Assembly (NCBI GenBank): GCA_010024385.1
Contig: RGHD01000002.1
Span: 5,567-69,566 of the forward strand
Source of the DNA: Actinomycetota bacterium
GTDB lineage: Bacteria > Actinomycetota > Actinomycetes > Nanopelagicales > Nanopelagicaceae
Direction of reading: 5' to 3'
DNA length: 64,000 nt
In this document: positions 60,131 through 64,000 of the stretch, in pieces
Layout of the letters: every line of letters starts with the position of its first letter
Position numbering within the stretch: position 1 is the first letter of the stretch
The notes under the pieces: generated by a model
Seen by the model: only the letters and a program-made list of their open reading frames with translations
What the model was told of the DNA's origin: nothing
Database searches by the model: none
Made by a program: the position numbers and the translations under genes

Positions 60131-62023
60131 ATGACAACTTCAAATAGCCTCGTATATTTAATTGCGCTGCCATTACTTGGCGCAACCATCCTTTTACTTG
60201 CTGGCCGACGTGCTGATAAGTGGGGCCACATTCTTGGAACTCTTATGCCTGCATCATCTTTTGCGGTTGGTCTCTATCAACTCTCATTGATGCTCGGCCG
60301 ATCCGCAGAAGAGCGCCCAGTAGGTCAGAAGCTATTTGAGTGGATCTCGGTTGGAAGTTTTAAGGTTGATGCGGGATTACTTCTTGATCAACTTTCAATC
60401 TGCTTCGTGCTTCTCATTACCGGCGTTGGAACATTAATCCACATTTATTCAATTTCTTATATGTCACACGATAAAGATCGCAGACGCTTCTTTGCATATC
60501 TCAACCTCTTCATTGCAGCGATGCTCTTGTTGGTACTTGGTGATAGCTACCTCAATCTTTATGTTGGTTGGGAAGGCGTGGGTCTTGCTTCCTACCTATT
60601 GATTGGTTTCTGGAATCAAAAGCCTGCTTATGCAACTGCATCCAAGAAGGCATTTGTTATGAACCGTGTTGGTGACATGGGACTCTCTTTTGCAATCATG
60701 ATTGCTTTTGCAACAGTCGGAACTGTTTCATTTGCGGGAATCAAAGAGCAGGTCGACCAGACATCAACCGGGGCACTTACTGCCATAGGAATTATGTTGC
60801 TGGTTGCAGCAGCTGGTAAATCAGCTCAATTCCCATTACAGGCATGGCTGGGTGATGCGATGGCTGGACCAACCCCTGTCTCAGCACTTATTCACGCAGC
60901 GACAATGGTTACAGCAGGTGTTTATCTCATTACTCGCTCTAACTTCATTTTTGATGCTGCGCCAACTGCTCAACTACTAGTTGTAATCGTTGGCGCAATT
61001 ACATTGCTGTTTGGTGCACTGATTGGTACTGCAAAAGATGACATCAAGAAAGCACTCGCTGCCTCAACAATGTCGCAGATTGGCTATATGACCCTTGCAG
61101 CTGGATTAGGTCCTGTTGGTTATGCCTTCGCAATCATGCACTTGCTAACTCACGGCTTCTTTAAAGCTGGGATGTTCCTTGGTGCAGGTTCAGTGATGCA
61201 TGGAATGAATGATCAAGTAAATATGCGCAAATACGGCGCACTTCGAAAGTTTATGCCAATTACATTTGTGACATTTGGACTTGGGTATTTAGCAATCCTT
61301 GGTGTTCCACCATTTGCAGGTTTCTATTCCAAGGACATGATTATTGAAACCGCATTTAACGCCGGCGGTATAAAGGGAATTCTTCTAGGATCAGCTACAT
61401 TGTTAGGTGCAGGAATTACTGCCTTCTATATGTCTCGCGTAATGATTCTTACTTTCACTGGAACAAAGCGCTGGGATGAGGATGCACATCCTCATGAATC
61501 CCCATGGTTGATGTGGCTACCAATGGCAATTCTTGCAATTGGTTCAGTCTCATCCGGATTCTTACTATCTCGTGGTGATGCACTTGTTAACTGGCTACAT
61601 CCACTCTTTGATCATCATGAAGAGCACAAACATCACCTGCTCCAACCAATTGTTGTTTCAGGACTTGCCTTAACAATGGTTGCCATAGGTGTTGCAATTG
61701 CATTCTTTAAGTATTCACGCCAAGAAGTTGCTGCGATTGCTCCAGAAAATGTCTCAGTATTAACAAAGATTGCGCGCCAAGATCTCATGCAGGATCGCTT
61801 CAATGAGGCCGTCTTTATGCGCCCTGGCCAGCAGTTAACCCAGGTTTTGGTCAAAACTGATGAAGCTGTCATTGATGGAACAGTGCGCGCAGTTGGCCAG
61901 TTAGCAATGAGCTCTAGCTCACTTCTAAGAGGCGTTCAGAGCGGATTTGTACGTAGTTATGCAGCACTGATCTTTGTTGGAGCCGCCTTACTAATCGCAG
62001 GGATTTGGGTGGTGGTTCAATAA
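60131..62023 (+). CDS. nuoL: NADH-quinone oxidoreductase subunit L
   Basis: It is an antiporter-like subunit containing '[15 protein letters not shown]' and '[16 protein letters not shown]'. It has a long C-terminal lateral-helix region. Confidence 0.96.
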   Translation: MTTSNSLVYLIALPLLGATILLLAGRRADKWGHILGTLMPASSFAVGLYQLSLMLGRSAEERPVGQKLFEWISVGSFKVDAGLLLDQLSICFVLLITGVGTLIHIYSISYMSHDKDRRRFFAYLNLFIAAMLLLVLGDSYLNLYVGWEGVGLASYLLIGFWNQKPAYATASKKAFVMNRVGDMGLSFAIMIAFATVGTVSFAGIKEQVDQTSTGALTAIGIMLLVAAAGKSAQFPLQAWLGDAMAGPTPVSALIHAATMVTAGVYLITRSNFIFDAAPTAQLLVVIVGAITLLFGALIGTAKDDIKKALAASTMSQIGYMTLAAGLGPVGYAFAIMHLLTHGFFKAGMFLGAGSVMHGMNDQVNMRKYGALRKFMPITFVTFGLGYLAILGVPPFAGFYSKDMIIETAFNAGGIKGILLGSATLLGAGITAFYMSRVMILTFTGTKRWDEDAHPHESPWLMWLPMAILAIGSVSSGFLLSRGDALVNWLHPLFDHHEEHKHHLLQPIVVSGLALTMVAIGVAIAFFKYSRQEVAAIAPENVSVLTKIARQDLMQDRFNEAVFMRPGQQLTQVLVKTDEAVIDGTVRAVGQLAMSSSSLLRGVQSGFVRSYAALIFVGAALLIAGIWVVVQ

Positions 62024-63531
62024 TGAATTCCTTAGTTCTACTGATGCTCTTGCCAATCATTGGCTCGATTGCAGTTGCTGCTACACCTAGGACAAAAGAG
62101 GTTTTGAGTAAGCAGCTTGCACTTGCAACTACTGTGATTGTTGCCATCGCAACTCTAGCAATGGCTATGAACTTCCAGCGCGATAACGTTGATCTTCAGT
62201 TTGTTGAGAAGTATTCATGGATTCCAACTTTTGGTATTAACTTTTCTGTTGGTGTTGACGGTTTAGCACTTGTCTTGATTTTGATGTCAACGATTTTGGC
62301 ACCAATTGTTGTGTTGTCAGGTTGGAATGAAGCTCATGGTGGCCGTTGGTCGGTTAAGACTTTCTACATTCTCATCCTTGTTCTTGAAACAATGATGATT
62401 GGTGTCTTTGCAGCAACGGATGTCTTCTTGTTCTACGTCATATTTGAAGCGATGTTGATTCCGGTTTACTTGCTTATTGGTGGTTACGGAACTGGTGAAC
62501 GCTCAGCTGCAGCAGTTAAGTTCTTGATTTACAGCCTCTTCGGTGGATTACTGATGTTGGCATCCATCATTGCCCTCTACGTGATGTCAGGTGCTCAGGG
62601 TGGACATACTTTTGATCTGCAAGCACTTTCACAACTTGAAATGAGTTCGACTACACAAAACTTCTTATTCCTAGGCTTCTTCATCGCCTTTGCAATTAAG
62701 GCACCTCTGTGGCCACTTCACACCTGGCTACCAGATGCTGCTGCTTCTGCAACCCCTGGCACATCGGTGTTATTGCTAGGTGTTCTAGATAAAGTCGGAA
62801 CTTTCGGAATGATTCGCTACTGCTTAACTTTGTTCCCAGAGGCAAGTAAGACATTCACACCTTTGATTATGGTTCTTGCGGTGATTTCAATTGTTTACGG
62901 CGCAATCCTTGCAATTGGTCAAAAAGATCTAAAGCGCTTGATTGCATTTACTTCTATTTCTCACTTTGGTTTCATCACCATGGGCATCTTTGCAATGACC
63001 TCACAGGGTCACAGCGGGGCAACTTTGTATATGTTTAATCACGGCTTCTCAACTGCAGCGCTGTTTATCGTGGGTGGTTGGATGATTGCACGTCGTGGTT
63101 CTTCAACGATTGCAGACTTTGGCGGACTACAGCGCATCACACCAGTGATGGCTTGGTCGTTCTTCTTAGCTGGGATGTCCTCACTTGCCTTGCCAGGCTT
63201 GTCTAGCTTTGTGAGTGAGTTCTTAGTTCTTGTTGGAACATTTACTCGCTATCCAGTCCATGCAGTTATTGCGACATTTGGAATTGTTCTAGCTGCGCTC
63301 TATATCTTGATTCCAGTTCAAAAGGCTCTGCACGGTCCAACCGCGCCGGGTAATGAGGAATTAAGGGATCTCAATATTCGTGAGAAGGTTGCAATTGCAC
63401 CAGTGATGGCAATGATCATTGCACTTGGTTTCTATCCTTCGCCGCTATTAAATGTAATTAATCCAGCCTCAGCGCATGTGATTGCTCAAATGGGCTTCAC
63501 AGATCCAGCTCCAACGAATGGTGATAAATAA
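62023..63531 (+). CDS. nuoM: NADH-quinone oxidoreductase subunit M
   Basis: It is an antiporter-like subunit containing 'FEAMLIPVYLLIGGYG' and 'APLWPLHTWLPDA'. ATG 62023 overlaps the nuoL stop (TAATG). Confidence 0.95.
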   Translation: MNSLVLLMLLPIIGSIAVAATPRTKEVLSKQLALATTVIVAIATLAMAMNFQRDNVDLQFVEKYSWIPTFGINFSVGVDGLALVLILMSTILAPIVVLSGWNEAHGGRWSVKTFYILILVLETMMIGVFAATDVFLFYVIFEAMLIPVYLLIGGYGTGERSAAAVKFLIYSLFGGLLMLASIIALYVMSGAQGGHTFDLQALSQLEMSSTTQNFLFLGFFIAFAIKAPLWPLHTWLPDAAASATPGTSVLLLGVLDKVGTFGMIRYCLTLFPEASKTFTPLIMVLAVISIVYGAILAIGQKDLKRLIAFTSISHFGFITMGIFAMTSQGHSGATLYMFNHGFSTAALFIVGGWMIARRGSSTIADFGGLQRITPVMAWSFFLAGMSSLALPGLSSFVSEFLVLVGTFTRYPVHAVIATFGIVLAALYILIPVQKALHGPTAPGNEELRDLNIREKVAIAPVMAMIIALGFYPSPLLNVINPASAHVIAQMGFTDPAPTNGDK

Positions 63532-64000
63532 TGGAATTTAGCTCACCAGTTCTTAACTACACACTTCTCTCACCCATGCTTATTTTGCTGGGCGGGGCGA
63601 TTATTGGCGTGCTAGTTGAAGCCTTTATGTCTAAGGCGCTCCGCCCGATCACACAATTATCAGTGACTATAGGTTCCTTAATTTTGGCACTGGTGCAAGT
63701 ATGGAGAATTCGCAACGACCAATCTCTTACTGCAGCTATGGGCTCAGTGGTCATAGATGGTCCTGCGGTTTTGATGCAGGCTTCAATTCTTATTATTTCT
63801 CTCATCTCTATTTTGCTAATAGCAGATGCCCAGCAATTCACAGCATTAGCTGCATCACTTCCTGGTTCAGAAGAAGAGCGGCATGCGCTGCAAAGTGGTA
63901 ATCAAGTAACTGAGGTTTATCCGCTTACCCTTTTTGCTGTGGCGGGAATGATGTTGTTCCCTGTCTCCAGTGATCTCATTACATTGTTTGTGGCACTTGA
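63531..64000 (+). CDS. nuoN: NADH-quinone oxidoreductase subunit N, 3'-truncated by the window edge
   Basis: Manual translation from ATG 63531 (TAATG overlap with nuoM) gives MEFSSPVLNYTLLSPMLILLGGAIIGVLVEAF...LFAVAGMMLFPVSSDLITLFVALE. The frame stays open to nt 64000. It is absent from the ORF track because no stop lies inside the window. Confidence 0.88.
   Translation, partial: MEFSSPVLNYTLLSPMLILLGGAIIGVLVEAFMSKALRPITQLSVTIGSLILALVQVWRIRNDQSLTAAMGSVVIDGPAVLMQASILIISLISILLIADAQQFTALAASLPGSEEERHALQSGNQVTEVYPLTLFAVAGMMLFPVSSDLITLFVAL

Noticed and set aside
1-64000. I searched by eye for tRNA or rRNA genes, CRISPR arrays, IS or transposase genes, integrases, toxin-antitoxin pairs and known defence genes.
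   Set aside because: I recognised none. All gaps longer than 60 nt were read on both strands, and only 5655-5955 is long enough to hide an RNA gene. That gap shows no tRNA-like T-arm (GTTCRANYC) or other RNA signature that I could identify.

Overview
This 64-kb window is an almost gap-free chromosomal core segment, about 95% coding by inspection. I identified roughly 65 protein genes. I found no rRNA, tRNA, CRISPR array, IS element or integrase. Gene order follows the conserved actinobacterial backbone as I recall it from Mycobacterium: dacB-like, tilS-hpt-ftsH-folE-folP-folB-folK, panC-coaX-lysS, clpC, radA/mutY, proC-bS22, XPB, resA-ccdA-resB-ccsA, menA/E/B/C/D/F/G, then nuoA-N. The DNA is unusually AT-rich for an actinobacterium (roughly 40-50% G+C by eye, not computed). 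Genes are packed with ATGA/TAATG overlaps. Together these features suggest a genome-streamlined freshwater acI/Nanopelagicales-type actinobacterium; this is inference, as no search was run. All product calls rest on motif recognition in the supplied translations and on synteny remembered from Mycobacterium. I see no convincing defence island, mobile element or clearly novel multi-gene system, and most of the window is housekeeping. The items most worth a second look are listed here. (1) An operon that couples an Rv0862c-like 731-aa unknown protein with a WYL-like tail, an M20 peptidase and an XPB/Ercc3 helicase. (2) A 792-aa secreted HExxH-FN3-propeller protein, plus two further secreted propeller-like proteins. 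(3) An isochorismate synthase gene (menF) split by a frameshift inside an otherwise intact menaquinone cluster. (4) A 32-aa bS22 ribosomal protein gene that the ORF track missed. (5) A small acidic-tail ORF interrupted by an in-frame TAG upstream of ctaB. (6) Systematic overlap or abutment of convergent gene ends, which leaves no room for intergenic terminators. (7) A perfect 20-bp palindrome between menG and nuoA.
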